A stretch of 64,000 nt of DNA from Candidatus Brockarchaeota archaeon (GCA_017601345.1 JAFNIT010000001.1:12835-76834), one strand, 5' to 3'. Positions 47,201 through 58,502 are shown, numbered from the stretch's first letter. The notes: a model not told the origin generated them from the letters alone. Made by a program: numbers and translations.

Positions 47201-48399
47201 ATTTTAACACCCAGCCTGTTTGCAACAACCTCTACATCCTTATCTCCCCTGCCGGATAGGTTTACTACAAGTATCTCGTCTTTACTCATTTTTTCAGCCA
47301 ATTTCTTAGCGTAAGCTAAGGCGTGGCATGGTTCCAACGCGGGTATTATGCCTTCAAGCCTAGAGAGTTCGAGAAAAGCCTCTAGAGCCTCCTCATCAGT
47401 GACCGCATCATATTTAACTCTCCCAATGCTCTTGAGGAAACTATGTTCTGGTCCGACTCCAGGGTAGTCTAGACCAGCTGAAATACTATGTGTAGTCAAT
47501 ATCTGTCCGTTCTCGTCTTGGAGAACATATGAAAGCATTCCGTGGAAAACTCCTTCGGAGCCAGCGCAGAGGCTCGCTGCATGCCTTCCGCTTTCGAGGC
47601 CTTCTCCAGCAGCCTCAACTCCGTAGAGCTCTACGTCTTCATCCTCAATGAATGGGTAGAATATTCCGATCGCATTGCTTCCTCCTCCAACACAAGCAAC
47701 TATTGCATCTGGAAGCCTTCCTTCCTGGACGAGTATCTGTTCCCTCGTCTCAAAACCGATAACGCTCTGGAAGTCCCTAACTATCATAGGATAAGGATGT
47801 GGCCCAACGACGGAGCCTATTAAATAATATGTTGTCTGAACGTTAGTAACCCAATCTCTCAGAGCCTCGTTTATCGCATCTTTAAGCGTCCTCGAGCCTG
47901 ATTCAACAGGATGTACTTCCGCACCTAGAAGCCTCATTCTGAAAACGTTTAAGCGTTGCCTCTTCATATCTTCAGCACCCATATATATCTCAGCCTTCAA
48001 GCCCAGTGCTGCGCAGGCCATTGCTGTTGCCACACCATGTTGACCAGCACCGGTTTCGGCAATTACCCTTGTCTTACCCATACTCTTGGCTAAAAGCGCC
48101 TGCCCTATCGTATTGTTTATCTTATGAGCACCACCATGCGCCAAGTCCTCTCTCTTCAAATATATCTTAGGACCGCCAAATTTCTCAGTAAGGTTTGCTG
48201 CATAGTATAGTGGGGTGGGTCTTCCTGCAAATTTCTCAAGATAATACTTCAGCTTCTTCTTAAACTCTGGATCCTCCTTGAACTTTAAATATGCTTCTTC
48301 AAGCTCTTCTAATGCAGGCATTAGCGTTTCCGAAACAAATCTTCCTCCGTAACGTCCGTATTTTCCACCCCTAGGATACTCGTAAACTATTCTGCTCAT
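47197..48399 (-). CDS. trpB: Tryptophan synthase beta chain (TrpB1 type)
   Basis: [38 protein letters not shown]. Confidence 0.97.
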   Translation of the reverse strand: MSRIVYEYPRGGKYGRYGGRFVSETLMPALEELEEAYLKFKEDPEFKKKLKYYLEKFAGRPTPLYYAANLTEKFGGPKIYLKREDLAHGGAHKINNTIGQALLAKSMGKTRVIAETGAGQHGVATAMACAALGLKAEIYMGAEDMKRQRLNVFRMRLLGAEVHPVESGSRTLKDAINEALRDWVTNVQTTYYLIGSVVGPHPYPMIVRDFQSVIGFETREQILVQEGRLPDAIVACVGGGSNAIGIFYPFIEDEDVELYGVEAAGEGLESGRHAASLCAGSEGVFHGMLSYVLQDENGQILTTHSISAGLDYPGVGPEHSFLKSIGRVKYDAVTDEEALEAFLELSRLEGIIPALEPCHALAYAKKLAEKMSKDEILVVNLSGRGDKDVEVVANRLGVKI

Positions 48400-49043
48400 G
48401 CCTCTGACTCCTTTGCTCTCTTGATAAACATTGATACTTTCCGAGGGTCCTTAATACCTGGTCTTGCTTCAACACCGGTTGAAACGTCGACAGCATACGG
48501 TTTAACTATCCTCACCGCAGCTGCAACATTCTCAGGAGTCAAGCCTCCAGCTAATATTAATGGTTTGGGTTGAAGCCTTTCTCTTATAATTCTGCTTAGC
48601 TCCCAGTCATGGGTTTTACCGGAGCCTCCTGACCCATTATCCATCAAACTGTCTAAAAGTACAATATCGAATATTTTAGAGTATTCCACTGCCAAGTCTA
48701 AAGCATTTGGAAGTCTGGCATTTACCGCTCCTATGATCCCTTTTCCACGAAATTCCTCAGTTAAACGGATTAGTAGACTAGGCTCCCCATGCAACTGTAT
48801 ATAGTCCGCAGCGAGTTGTATAACGCTGTTTAAGTCTTCTAGGCTCTTTGGGATTGTGACAACTACGCTTTTAACATCGGTTGGAACGGCAGATATTAAG
48901 CGGGCGGCAGCATCGTGCTTCAGGTTCCTTGGAGAAGAAGGAACGTTCACGACAAATCCCACGAAATCTGCTCCAGCATTTACTACGAATTCAAGGTCTT
49001 CAACTCTGGTTATTCCGCATATTTTTACTCTTACCATCTTCAA
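48396..49043 (-). CDS. trpF: Phosphoribosylanthranilate isomerase
   Basis: [28 protein letters not shown]. Confidence 0.95.
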   Translation of the reverse strand: MKMVRVKICGITRVEDLEFVVNAGADFVGFVVNVPSSPRNLKHDAAARLISAVPTDVKSVVVTIPKSLEDLNSVIQLAADYIQLHGEPSLLIRLTEEFRGKGIIGAVNARLPNALDLAVEYSKIFDIVLLDSLMDNGSGGSGKTHDWELSRIIRERLQPKPLILAGGLTPENVAAAVRIVKPYAVDVSTGVEARPGIKDPRKVSMFIKRAKESEA

Positions 49044-49816
49044 TCAGCCTCAACAAAACTCTTGATTTTTTCCTCAACATTTTCTGAAAGCATAATCGAG
49101 GTCCCGATTAGAAATGCGTCTACACCGTATTCTCTTAAAAGCTTTATTTGCTCAGGGGACTCTATGCCGCTTTCGCTTACAATTATTTTTCCGAATTTAC
49201 CGTATCTGCTGAGTATTGCTACAGTAGTATTGATATCGACTTTCAGATTAGAAAGGTCTCTATTGTTTATCCCAATCATATCTGCTTCTGAATCTACAGC
49301 TTTGAGAAATTCATCTTCAGTATGAACCTCCAGTAGAACCTCCATGCCGTAAGAATGAGCAAGGCAAATCATATCCTCTAAATCGGCTTGAGAAAACTTT
49401 CTATCGAACAGTGTTTGAATGAGAAGTATTGCATCGGCTCCGATTTGCGAAGCTGCTCTAATTTGAGTATCACTTACAAAAAAATCCTTCATTAAAAGAG
49501 GGAGGTCTACAACCCTCCTAATCTCCTTGAAGACACTTAGTGAGCCATGGAAGTATTTAGGTTCTGTCAAAACCGAGATGCCGACTGCTCCAGCCCTTTC
49601 TGCAGAAAGGGCTATTTGAACAGCTTCGTCCCTTTTTCTCAAAAACCCTTTTGACGGGGATGCTGGTTTAAACTCGGCTATAACCGGATTCTTATCACAG
49701 GATAATATTGCTTTTCTTAAGCTAACTTTTTCATGTTCAACTGGATCTACATTGTAATAGCCGGATTCTATGGTTTCTATAACATTCTTTGTAATTTTCT
49801 CAAGAAAATCAACCAT
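49040..49816 (-). CDS. trpC: Indole-3-glycerol phosphate synthase
   Basis: IAEFKPASPSKG, SVLTE, GINNRDL, VSESGI. Confidence 0.95.
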   Translation of the reverse strand: MVDFLEKITKNVIETIESGYYNVDPVEHEKVSLRKAILSCDKNPVIAEFKPASPSKGFLRKRDEAVQIALSAERAGAVGISVLTEPKYFHGSLSVFKEIRRVVDLPLLMKDFFVSDTQIRAASQIGADAILLIQTLFDRKFSQADLEDMICLAHSYGMEVLLEVHTEDEFLKAVDSEADMIGINNRDLSNLKVDINTTVAILSRYGKFGKIIVSESGIESPEQIKLLREYGVDAFLIGTSIMLSENVEEKIKSFVEAD

Positions 49817-50876
49817 TCTTTTCAAGCTCCTCCAAGACCGACAGGTTTCCTCCACTATACTTTATTAGGTCCTTAAGCTTATTGTAGGCTGCGCCGCTTT
49901 CTAACGATTCCCTCGCTATTTCTAATGCTTTAGAAAGATTCTTAGCCTTCCCGCCTAAGAATATTGCAGCTGCAGCATTAATCAAAGCCATGTTTCTTTT
50001 AGAAACAAGCCTATCGTCATCTTCCGCACGGTTTCTTAATATGTCTAAAGCAGCCTTTACACTTTCATCTTTAGAAGAGACTTGAACGTAACTTTTATCT
50101 GCTCTTTTTAGACCGAAATCCTCGGGTTCGATGCATTTTGAAACAATCCTTCCATCAGATATGAGGAAAACATTAGTCCTACCGGTTATGGAGATCTCAT
50201 CTAATCCATCTGAGCCATATACTACCATCGCTTTCTCTACGCCGAGGTTCTTGAGGACGTTTGCAACGAGCTTGAGGAGATGCTTCTCGCAGACTCCCAG
50301 AAGCTGAGCTTTGGCACCAGCGGGATTAGTCAGAGGACCTAGAATGTTGAAGACTGTTCTTATTCCTATCTCTCTCCTTGGCCCTACTGCATGCTTCATA
50401 GCTGGATGGAAAACTGGGGCAAACATGAATCCTATTCCAATGCTTTCTATAGACTTCTCCACAGCCTCAGGGCTCATGTTAAGGTTAAATCCTAATGCTT
50501 CAAGAAGGTCTGCACTACCGCACTTACTCGTTACGGAACGGTTTCCATGTTTCGCTACGTAAACACCTGCTCCGGCGGCGATTAGAGCAGCTATAGTGCT
50601 TACATTAAAAGTCTTAACAGGATCTCCTCCTGTCCCGCAAGTATCAATAAGCCTACTTTTAATACTTGGGTTAATGCGGATGCAGAATCTCCTCATAACC
50701 GATGCGAATGCGGTTATCTCTTCAACGGTCTCTCCCTTCATCCTTAATGCAGTGATGAATGAAGCTATCTGGGCATCACTTGCCTTACCAGACATTATTT
50801 CAGTCATCGCTTCCTCGGCTTCTTCTGGGAGAAGGTCTTCTCCTCTAACCAGCTTCGCTATACATTCCCTTATCAA
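49809..50876 (-). CDS. trpD: Anthranilate phosphoribosyltransferase
   Basis: DTCGTGGD, KHGNRS, RTVFNILGPL. Confidence 0.96.
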   Translation of the reverse strand: MIRECIAKLVRGEDLLPEEAEEAMTEIMSGKASDAQIASFITALRMKGETVEEITAFASVMRRFCIRINPSIKSRLIDTCGTGGDPVKTFNVSTIAALIAAGAGVYVAKHGNRSVTSKCGSADLLEALGFNLNMSPEAVEKSIESIGIGFMFAPVFHPAMKHAVGPRREIGIRTVFNILGPLTNPAGAKAQLLGVCEKHLLKLVANVLKNLGVEKAMVVYGSDGLDEISITGRTNVFLISDGRIVSKCIEPEDFGLKRADKSYVQVSSKDESVKAALDILRNRAEDDDRLVSKRNMALINAAAAIFLGGKAKNLSKALEIARESLESGAAYNKLKDLIKYSGGNLSVLEELEKNG

Positions 50877-51463
50877 AGCTTAACCCCTCCGTCAAGAAAG
50901 TTCTTCAATATCCTCTTCCCCTCCCTGGTAAGTATAGACTCCGGATGGAACTGTATTCCTTCAACAGGGTACTCAACATGTCTCAAACCCATTACCTCAC
51001 AGTCTTCCAGAGAATATGCAGTTATTTTCAATAAGGGAGGTATGTCAAAGGCACTTACTACTAGAGAATGATAACGTGTTGCCTCGAATGGATTTGGTAC
51101 CCCTCTGAATATCCCTCTACCATCATGCTTAATCATACTCGTCTTCCCGTGCATAAGCCTGCTCGCATGAGAGATTCTTGCACCAAAAGTGTACGCAATA
51201 CCCTGATGTCCTAAGCACACTCCGAGGATTGGAATCTTAGGACCTAGCTTACGTATTATTGAAATACAATTGCCGAAGTACCTTCTGTCCTCTGGGGTGC
51301 CTGGGCCGGGCGATATTATTATCCTATCTGGCTTAATTTTGTTCGCCCTCTTAACGTCGATAGCATCATTTCTAAAAACCATTACAGACGCGCCTAGCTC
51401 TCCCACGTACTGGGCAATATTGTACACGAAGGAATCGTAATTGTCTATTAAGAGGACTCTCAT
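50873..51463 (-). CDS. trpG: Anthranilate synthase component II
   Basis: IDNYDSF, SPGPG, GVCLGHQ, QFHPES. Confidence 0.95.
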   Translation of the reverse strand: MRVLLIDNYDSFVYNIAQYVGELGASVMVFRNDAIDVKRANKIKPDRIIISPGPGTPEDRRYFGNCISIIRKLGPKIPILGVCLGHQGIAYTFGARISHASRLMHGKTSMIKHDGRGIFRGVPNPFEATRYHSLVVSAFDIPPLLKITAYSLEDCEVMGLRHVEYPVEGIQFHPESILTREGKRILKNFLDGGVKL

Positions 51464-52872
51464 TACCCACCACCTGCCACTTTCAGAGCTTTCAGTAAGG
51501 CTCTTGCCTTATGCTCTGTTTCAAACCATTCCCTCTCGGGAATGGAATCCGCAACGATTCCTGCTCCAACCTGAATATGTCCCCTGTTTTTGTTTACTAC
51601 GAGGGTTCTAATCGTTATTGCAAAGTCAGCATTACCATTGTAAGAGAAGTATCCTACTGCACCAGCATAGGGTCCTCTCTTAGTCGGCTCAAGCTCCTCG
51701 ATTATCTCCATCGCCCTGACTTTAGGGGCTCCGGAAACCGTTCCAGCGGGCAGCATGGTTCTCAGAACATCGAAGCAATCCTTGTCTGATGCAAGTACTC
51801 CAACAACCCTCGAGACGATGTGTTGGACATGGCTATACCTATGTATTACCATAAAATCGGGCACTTTTACCGAACCGTATTCTGCAACCCTACCTAGATC
51901 GTTCCTGGCTAGGTCTACAAGCATTACGTGTTCTGCTTTTTCCTTGGGGTCTGCTAAGAGTTCTTTCGCCAGCTTATCGTCTTTTCTCGGATTCCCAGTC
52001 TTCTGACGTGTACCCGCTATCGGATATGTTTCAATAATCCTATCCTCAACTCTAACAAGCATTTCTGGGCTTGATCCTATTATCCAAGTATTACCGTGTT
52101 TTAAGAAATACATGTAGGGAGAAGGATTGATTCTACGCAGAGCTCTGTAGAAGCGTATAAGGTCTCCACTGATGTTAAAACTATATCTTTTTGATAATAC
52201 TACTTGAAAAATATCTCCGTTGAAAATGTACTTCTTAGCCTTAGTTACTATTTCCTCATATTCTTCTTTGCAAATATTCGGCTTCGGCTTGTTAAACTTT
52301 AGGCTCCCAAAGCTTCTACTAGACTTTAGTTTTCTTTTTAAAATATCCAGCCTATTCTCAATGGTATAGAAGTAGTATGCCTTTCTCCTAACGTGATCAA
52401 ACACCATCCCATCATCATAAATGCCCATCTCCAAATCTGGAAGCTTCAAATCGTCTACAGCTATAGATGGAAGTCGCTCCCAGTATCTTACAGCATCATA
52501 GGAAAAATAGCCAACAGCACCCCCGGTAAACCTGGGATATCTCCGCGGGAGCACTTTAACACTCATTTCTTTCCTTATGATTTCGAGCGGGTCACTGGTT
52601 TTAGTAACATCCTTCTTCTCACCCGTTATCTCTGCCTTACCATTCTTAACTTTGATTACCATATTTGGGTCAAAACCTATGAAGGAGAATTCTGCGAGCT
52701 TTTGAGGACCAGTTACTGATTCCAGCAAATACACGTAATCATACTCGTCCACTAGGTTGGAGAAAACGTCAAGTGGGCTTTCATAATTTATTTCCTCGAT
52801 TTTAAAATCCAGGCTTTGAACAATTCCGCTAGAATGCCGATTACTGAGAGAGATGATGGTTCGAGCAGCCAT
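51463..52872 (-). CDS. trpE: Anthranilate synthase component I
   Basis: LLES, NPSPYM, GSSPE, EHVMLVDLARND, GTVSGAPK. Confidence 0.95.
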   Translation of the reverse strand: MAARTIISLSNRHSSGIVQSLDFKIEEINYESPLDVFSNLVDEYDYVYLLESVTGPQKLAEFSFIGFDPNMVIKVKNGKAEITGEKKDVTKTSDPLEIIRKEMSVKVLPRRYPRFTGGAVGYFSYDAVRYWERLPSIAVDDLKLPDLEMGIYDDGMVFDHVRRKAYYFYTIENRLDILKRKLKSSRSFGSLKFNKPKPNICKEEYEEIVTKAKKYIFNGDIFQVVLSKRYSFNISGDLIRFYRALRRINPSPYMYFLKHGNTWIIGSSPEMLVRVEDRIIETYPIAGTRQKTGNPRKDDKLAKELLADPKEKAEHVMLVDLARNDLGRVAEYGSVKVPDFMVIHRYSHVQHIVSRVVGVLASDKDCFDVLRTMLPAGTVSGAPKVRAMEIIEELEPTKRGPYAGAVGYFSYNGNADFAITIRTLVVNKNRGHIQVGAGIVADSIPEREWFETEHKARALLKALKVAGGG

Positions 52873-53056
52873 AAGTCATTTAGCAAAAATAAAGCAATAT
52901 ATAAAAGGTTCTGAACAAATGAATGCATGTATACATTCGTACATAATGGGAATAGTAAATCCTCCGAAAATTTTTCATCTATTTTTGTTAAAAGCAATTA
53001 GGAGACCGAATAAGAGAAACCAATAAATAGCTATTCCACATATGGGTGAAGTTCAA

Positions 53057-53353
53057 ATGAGCGGGAAAATAACCATATCTAGAGAAGAAATGCTACATTA
53101 CGCTAAGCTTTGCAGAATCTCGTTAAGCGAGCAGGAAATAGATAGGCTTTTAAAAGATGTTAATGAGATACTTGAATACTTTGAAACCATAAGAAGCCTT
53201 CAGTTGGACGTTGAACCTATGACCTATGTGACAGGCGTAAACGAAACCCTTAGAGAAGATGAACCTGGTGAAACCCTTAGAGAAGAAGATGTTTTTAGAA
53301 ATGCTGGAGAGAAAGAAGAGAGATGGTTCGTATCCGGCCAACTATGGGGTTGA
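53057..53353 (+). CDS. gatC: Asp/Glu-tRNA amidotransferase subunit C
   Basis: YAKLCRI, ILEYF, LRED; overlaps gatA. Confidence 0.85.
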   Translation: MSGKITISREEMLHYAKLCRISLSEQEIDRLLKDVNEILEYFETIRSLQLDVEPMTYVTGVNETLREDEPGETLREEDVFRNAGEKEERWFVSGQLWG

Positions 53354-54771
53354 ACAGCGTTTTGGATCAGGTTGAGATTCTAAAGGAAGCTATTGACCCT
53401 GTAGAGAGAGTATATAAAGCTCTCGAAAAGATCGAAGCAAGCAGGGAGCTAAACGCATTCGTAACTATAGATGCAGAAGGCGCTTTAAGGAAGGCTGAGG
53501 AGATTAAGAGAAAAATAGCAAGAGGTGAGATACTTGGAAGACTTGCGGGTCTCATAGTGGCCGTTAAGGACAATATTTCTACAAGAGGTTTAAGGACTAC
53601 ATGTTCTTCTAAAATGCTTGAAAACTATATCCCCGTTTATGATGCCACAGTCATAGAGAAGATAAAGGCCGAGGATGCGATTATAATAGGTAAAACTAAC
53701 ATGGATGAGTTTGCAATGGGGTCCAGTACTGAAACATCATTCTTTGGACCCACGAGAAACTTTTTTGACCATTCTAGAGTTGCCGGAGGAAGCAGTGGTG
53801 GAAGCGCGGTCGCAGTTGCATGCGGAGCTGTTGACATAGCATTAGGTAGTGATACAGGCGGATCAATAAGGAACCCCGCTGCCTTTAACTCCATAGTTGG
53901 TTTGAAACCGACATACGGTAGGGTTTCACGCTACGGCTTAATAGCTTATGCGAGTAGCCTTGACCAAATAGGACCCATGGCTAAGAATACTTTGTCGACA
54001 GCGCTTCTCCTCCAAGTAATAGCCGGATGGGATCCCAGGGATTCAACCACGCTTAACAAGCCTGTTCCAAACTATGTTGAAGAAGCTTTGAAAGAAACCA
54101 GTGGCCTTAAGGTAGGTGTGATAAAAGAGGGTTTTGACAATGTTGATAAAAAAGTTTCTGAAAAAGCCTACGATGCTTTAGAAGCTCTTAAAAGAGTCGG
54201 ATGTCTTGTTGAAGAGGTTTCTATGCCTTTCATGAAGTATGCTCTCCCAGCATATTACATAATAGCCATGGCAGAGTGTTCGAGCAACCTGGCTAGGTTT
54301 GACGGAATCCGTTACGGAGGGAAACCTGTCAAAGGAAAATGGGAGGAGCAGCTTGTAAAGATCAGGACAGAATGCTTCGGAGAAGAGGCTAAGAGGAGAA
54401 TATTCTTAGGTACTTTTGTTCTCTCCGCAGGCTATAAAGAGGATTTCTACATAAAGGCTTGTAGAGTTAGAAGGAGGATATACGATGAGTTTAAGCTTTT
54501 GCTAAAGAATTATAATGCTCTGGCAATGCCGACAATGCCAGTCCTGCCTTGGAAGATAGGGGAACTCCTCTCCCCATTAGAGATTTATATGATGGATATT
54601 GAGACTGTGGCTGTTAACCTAGCTGGATTACCCGCAATAAGTATTCCAGCGGGTTTTGTGAACTCTCTGCCTGTTGGACTCCAGCTAATAGGAGACCATT
54701 TTGATGAGGCAACTTTGCTGAGAATTTCATATGCCTACGAGAACGAAACTGGATTTACTAAGTGGTTTTAG
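53344..54771 (+). CDS. gatA: Asp/Glu-tRNA amidotransferase subunit A
   Basis: VKDNI, GKTNMDEFAMGSS, GGSSGGS, GSDTGGSIR, SSNLARFDG. Confidence 0.95.
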   Translation: MGLNSVLDQVEILKEAIDPVERVYKALEKIEASRELNAFVTIDAEGALRKAEEIKRKIARGEILGRLAGLIVAVKDNISTRGLRTTCSSKMLENYIPVYDATVIEKIKAEDAIIIGKTNMDEFAMGSSTETSFFGPTRNFFDHSRVAGGSSGGSAVAVACGAVDIALGSDTGGSIRNPAAFNSIVGLKPTYGRVSRYGLIAYASSLDQIGPMAKNTLSTALLLQVIAGWDPRDSTTLNKPVPNYVEEALKETSGLKVGVIKEGFDNVDKKVSEKAYDALEALKRVGCLVEEVSMPFMKYALPAYYIIAMAECSSNLARFDGIRYGGKPVKGKWEEQLVKIRTECFGEEAKRRIFLGTFVLSAGYKEDFYIKACRVRRRIYDEFKLLLKNYNALAMPTMPVLPWKIGELLSPLEIYMMDIETVAVNLAGLPAISIPAGFVNSLPVGLQLIGDHFDEATLLRISYAYENETGFTKWF

Positions 54772-54827
54772 ATTCTCTGGAAAACCCGGAAAGGTTATAA
54801 ACCGGTTTTAAACCACTCGTTGAGAAA

Positions 54828-55922
54828 ATGCTCCAGAAGACACCTATGCTGCTCATACCCGGTCCGATAACGCTTCCTGAGAGAGTTTTGAAGACCATGG
54901 CTAAGCCTATAATAAATCACAGGGGGGAGGAATTCCACAAGCTTTACGAAGAGATAGAAAATGGACTAAAGTACGCTTTCCAGACTGAGAATAACGTTTA
55001 CATAATAAGTGGCTCAGGCACTGCTGGAGTAGACATGGTTTTCCAAAACTTCGTTTATGAGGGCGAGAAAATTCTGATACCTGACTTCGGAGATTTTACA
55101 GAAAGAGCCGTAGAGAATGCTATAAAAGTTGGCGCTAAGCCGGTTATTGTTAAGGCGGAGTGGGGAAGAGTCCCTAGCTTGAGGGAAATAATCGACGCAA
55201 TCGAGAAAGAAGATGTAAAGAGCATCTTCATAGTACATAACGAGACCTCTACTGGCGTGACGTTCAGAATGATGGAAGAGATACGCAACGCTATTGGAAA
55301 CAAGGATATACTTATTTTCGCAGATACTGTTTCAGACCTTGGCGTAGAGCCTTTTTACACTGATAAGTGGCGTGTCGACGTCTGCGTGACAGCCAGTCAG
55401 AAAGGACTTGGAGGACCTCCCGGATTATCCTTCGTATCAGTAAGCGAGAGAGCATTGGAAAAGGGTTTGAGCAATCTGCGGAGGAGAAGCTTTTACCTCG
55501 ACATTGAGAAACTGCACAAGTTTCATTTGAAGAGGGAAACACCGTTTACTCCCGCCGTCACACTGTTATACGGTATGGCTGAGGCTCTTAACATACTTAA
55601 GGAAGAAGGATATGAGGGGAGGATTAGGAGACATAAGGAGAATGCTGAAATGATATACGAGTTCTTAGAGTCTGAAGGGTTTGAAATCTTCCCGCAAGAG
55701 AAGGATTATCGATCCATATCAATAATAGTTTTTAAAAACAAGAATTTCGATGCTCCTAAAGCAATTAAAAAACTGTACGAGGAATATGGGATACTTATCG
55801 CGAGAGGAATGGGTAGATTAAGAGATGAAACCACTAGGATAGGAAACGTCGGATATGAAGGGAGAAGGGAAATAGAATACTTCCTCAAATCGTTCAAAAC
55901 CATATTAAGCAACATGCATTAA
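54828..55922 (+). CDS. Class V aminotransferase (serine-pyruvate/alanine-glyoxylate type)
   Basis: LLIPGP, VHNETSTG, ASQKGLGGPPG, TPFTP. Confidence 0.9.
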   Translation: MLQKTPMLLIPGPITLPERVLKTMAKPIINHRGEEFHKLYEEIENGLKYAFQTENNVYIISGSGTAGVDMVFQNFVYEGEKILIPDFGDFTERAVENAIKVGAKPVIVKAEWGRVPSLREIIDAIEKEDVKSIFIVHNETSTGVTFRMMEEIRNAIGNKDILIFADTVSDLGVEPFYTDKWRVDVCVTASQKGLGGPPGLSFVSVSERALEKGLSNLRRRSFYLDIEKLHKFHLKRETPFTPAVTLLYGMAEALNILKEEGYEGRIRRHKENAEMIYEFLESEGFEIFPQEKDYRSISIIVFKNKNFDAPKAIKKLYEEYGILIARGMGRLRDETTRIGNVGYEGRREIEYFLKSFKTILSNMH

Positions 55923-55973
55923 ACTTATGTGAAAAAGATCATTTTTACTAACGCTTTAAATGAATGCCAATTC

Positions 55974-56492
55974 TCATAATATCTTCTTCACAGCAAGCAT
56001 CGGCTTTAATTTTTCAAAGAAGAAGGAAGACGATAATAGTAAAACCCCGATAATAAGGACGATAAGCATATCCGTATATTCTGATTCCGAAACCCCTTGA
56101 GAGAAAAGCCTTAAGCTTAAAGACTGAATAGGCCTACTGAAATTTAGAACAATAGCGTGAATGCCCCTCTGTTCTATCTGGAGAGTGGTGGTGAAAGAAC
56201 CTGAGTACCGGCTTGTCCTAACCCCCGTTGGAAACCGATTCTGCAAGTAATCATTTATCTCCCCTGGAGTAGTTAAGAATAAAAGAGTCGAATTAACATT
56301 CCTAGGGAGCTCTATAGAAAAAGTAATACTTGACGCACGAGTAAAGAAGAAACAGTTTATTGATATGGTGCCATTTCCCATGTACGGCTCCACCAGGAAA
56401 CCTCCAGGAGTGTTGAAAAAAGGTTGGCGTGCAATTATTAATGTCAGAGATATCAAGATCAAGAACAACCCGAGCCTCAATACCAGTTTCAT
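55974..56492 (-). CDS. Membrane protein with N- and C-terminal hydrophobic helices
   Basis: Two TM segments around a beta-rich domain; operonic with ABC genes. Confidence 0.65.
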   Translation of the reverse strand: MKLVLRLGLFLILISLTLIIARQPFFNTPGGFLVEPYMGNGTISINCFFFTRASSITFSIELPRNVNSTLLFLTTPGEINDYLQNRFPTGVRTSRYSGSFTTTLQIEQRGIHAIVLNFSRPIQSLSLRLFSQGVSESEYTDMLIVLIIGVLLLSSSFFFEKLKPMLAVKKIL

Positions 56493-56493
56493 C

Positions 56494-57252
56494 TCATTTC
56501 ACCTCGTAGAAGCGGGTAAAATAGATAAAAGCGATTGATAAGAATCCGAGAGAAATAATGAAGGCGACTATTAAATTGTTAACTGCTTCATGCGGAACAA
56601 GAAGAAAATTGGACGTAGAAATCGGCGGAATATTATATAGGAAAGATCCCGGTTGAGGATTAGAATGTTTAATCAAGTTATCCAACGAGTAAAAAATTAA
56701 AGCACTTGACAAAATCGAAATAATAGTTCTATCTGAAACAGTAGAGATAAGGACATTTAAAGATATGATGAATATTGTTTGAATTAATAAAGAGAAACAA
56801 GGAATTAATAAAGAAAATAATGTTTCTACTAACCAAGCCCCTCTTAAATTGTAGACGAGGAGCACTATGGTTGAAGTAAAAAGACATATGATGCCGAAAA
56901 GAATTAAAGCTATAAGTTTAGCTGCAAATAGCTCTGTTCTATTTCGCGAATATACAAGTTCCATATCTAACATACCGGATTCGCGTTCATACGGTAATAT
57001 AATTGCAGTTATCACCCCCATGAGTATTCCTTGTATTACGAAAGCAAAAGAAACTACTGGATATAGAATTTGTTCAGCAAAAAAATGGATAATGGTATAA
57101 CTTTCTAAGGAGCCTATGTCTTCTGAGGATATGGAGCCCATAAGACTTGGTAGCATTATCGTCCCATTGAATATCATGCTGGCGATCACGATCTCCGGTA
57201 TTGGGAATGCAAGCAGTTTCTTCAGTTCCCAACGGATGCTTTCAAGATTCAA
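56494..57252 (-). CDS. ABC-2 type permease
   Basis: WELKK start, ERESG..., LFAAKL, about six TM. Confidence 0.8.
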   Translation of the reverse strand: MNLESIRWELKKLLAFPIPEIVIASMIFNGTIMLPSLMGSISSEDIGSLESYTIIHFFAEQILYPVVSFAFVIQGILMGVITAIILPYERESGMLDMELVYSRNRTELFAAKLIALILFGIICLFTSTIVLLVYNLRGAWLVETLFSLLIPCFSLLIQTIFIISLNVLISTVSDRTIISILSSALIFYSLDNLIKHSNPQPGSFLYNIPPISTSNFLLVPHEAVNNLIVAFIISLGFLSIAFIYFTRFYEVK

Positions 57253-57968
57253 ACCTGAGCACCCCCCATGATTCTTGCATAAGCATTTACCAAAGTGCCG
57301 TCGAGCGAGAAGCTTTTGATGAATTTCCCTAAGGTGTCCTGCGCAATGATTTTTCCCTTATCCATAACAATTATGAAATCGCATATCTGTTCAAGCTCTT
57401 CCAGAATGTGGGTTGAAACTATTATTGACTTTCCACCATGACGTTTGATTTCCTGAATGAGCTTTACCATTTCAACCCTGCCAAGAGGATCTAGGTTGGT
57501 AGAAGGTTCATCCAGTATGATGAGAGAAGGATCTCCGATCAATGCTTGGAGAAGACCTAGTCTCTGAACCATGCCCGCAGAGTAAGTACCTATCTTTCTT
57601 TCTAGGAAGTCTCCTTTAACAACAGAATGGTGAATAACATTCTGATCTAAATCCACCTGTTTCAACTTGGCTACATGCCTTAGATAATCTATTCCAGTAA
57701 CCCATTTAGGGAAAGCACATTTCTCCCTTAAATAGCCGATTTTAGAAAAAACCTCGTCGTGACTGTAGAAAGGATCCTTACCGAATACGAGGATCCTACC
57801 GGATGATGGTTTTTGAAGACCCAGCATGATTCTGATGAATGTTGTTTTACCAGAGCCATTTGGCCCCACTAACCCATAGACCCCGTTATTAAAAGAAAGA
57901 TTCACGTTCTCAAGCGCAATGATTTTCCCAAATCTCTTAGAAACGTTAAATGCTTCTACCACACTCAT
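57249..57968 (-). CDS. ABC transporter ATP-binding protein
   Basis: GPNGSGKTT, YSAGM, ILDEP, STH. Confidence 0.93.
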   Translation of the reverse strand: MSVVEAFNVSKRFGKIIALENVNLSFNNGVYGLVGPNGSGKTTFIRIMLGLQKPSSGRILVFGKDPFYSHDEVFSKIGYLREKCAFPKWVTGIDYLRHVAKLKQVDLDQNVIHHSVVKGDFLERKIGTYSAGMVQRLGLLQALIGDPSLIILDEPSTNLDPLGRVEMVKLIQEIKRHGGKSIIVSTHILEELEQICDFIIVMDKGKIIAQDTLGKFIKSFSLDGTLVNAYARIMGGAQV

Positions 57969-58079
57969 TTTCAGTATGATTAGAATGTTTTAAAGCAGAT
58001 ATTTAAACATGTTTTATGCCACTGAGACGCAGCATAAATTTTATATAGCTTAATTAACTTAAATTGTTGATGTGGAAAC

Positions 58080-58499
58080 ATGGTATTTGAGAGAAGAAGA
58101 ATAATAATCCTACTTCTAGTTTCAGTAATTCTCTCATTAGCAACGGTGCTAAGTATGAGTGATCAATACTACAGTTGGGATGATGATTACAGAAAGGGAC
58201 ATGCCTCAGATTATTCTTATTCTTGGTGGGCACATGCTTATGTAGGAGCTTGGCATGTACCCTCCGTTGGCTATTTCAGCTTTACGCATAAAGGTTCAGG
58301 CGGAGGTACTTATTACTCCAATCCTAATGTCCAGTTTTATACCAAAATTCAAGCAGGGTCATCTATAAAAGATGGAGGATATACTAGGGCTCTAGTATAT
58401 ATGAAATATGAGGGTGTTTCGGTTGGGCCAATTGGGTGTGTAATCGCCGGAATCGGAGCATTTGCAGGTATAAAGTATTATTTAAAGTGTAAAAGTTAA
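58080..58499 (+). CDS. Small secreted Tyr/Gly/Trp-rich protein
   Basis: Signal peptide RRRIIILLLVSVILSLA then aromatic/Gly-rich region. Confidence 0.6.
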   Translation: MVFERRRIIILLLVSVILSLATVLSMSDQYYSWDDDYRKGHASDYSYSWWAHAYVGAWHVPSVGYFSFTHKGSGGGTYYSNPNVQFYTKIQAGSSIKDGGYTRALVYMKYEGVSVGPIGCVIAGIGAFAGIKYYLKCKS

Positions 58500-58502
58500 A
58501 GC

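Noticed and set aside
52838-52880. Possible trp leader peptide MTYGCSNHHLSQ
   Set aside because: No Trp codon, no SD and no RGRD motif; overlaps the trpE start
53243-53286. 17-bp direct repeat GAAACCCTTAGAGAAGA in gatC
   Set aside because: Two in-frame copies encoding ETLRE within a normal GatC; not an array or mobile end
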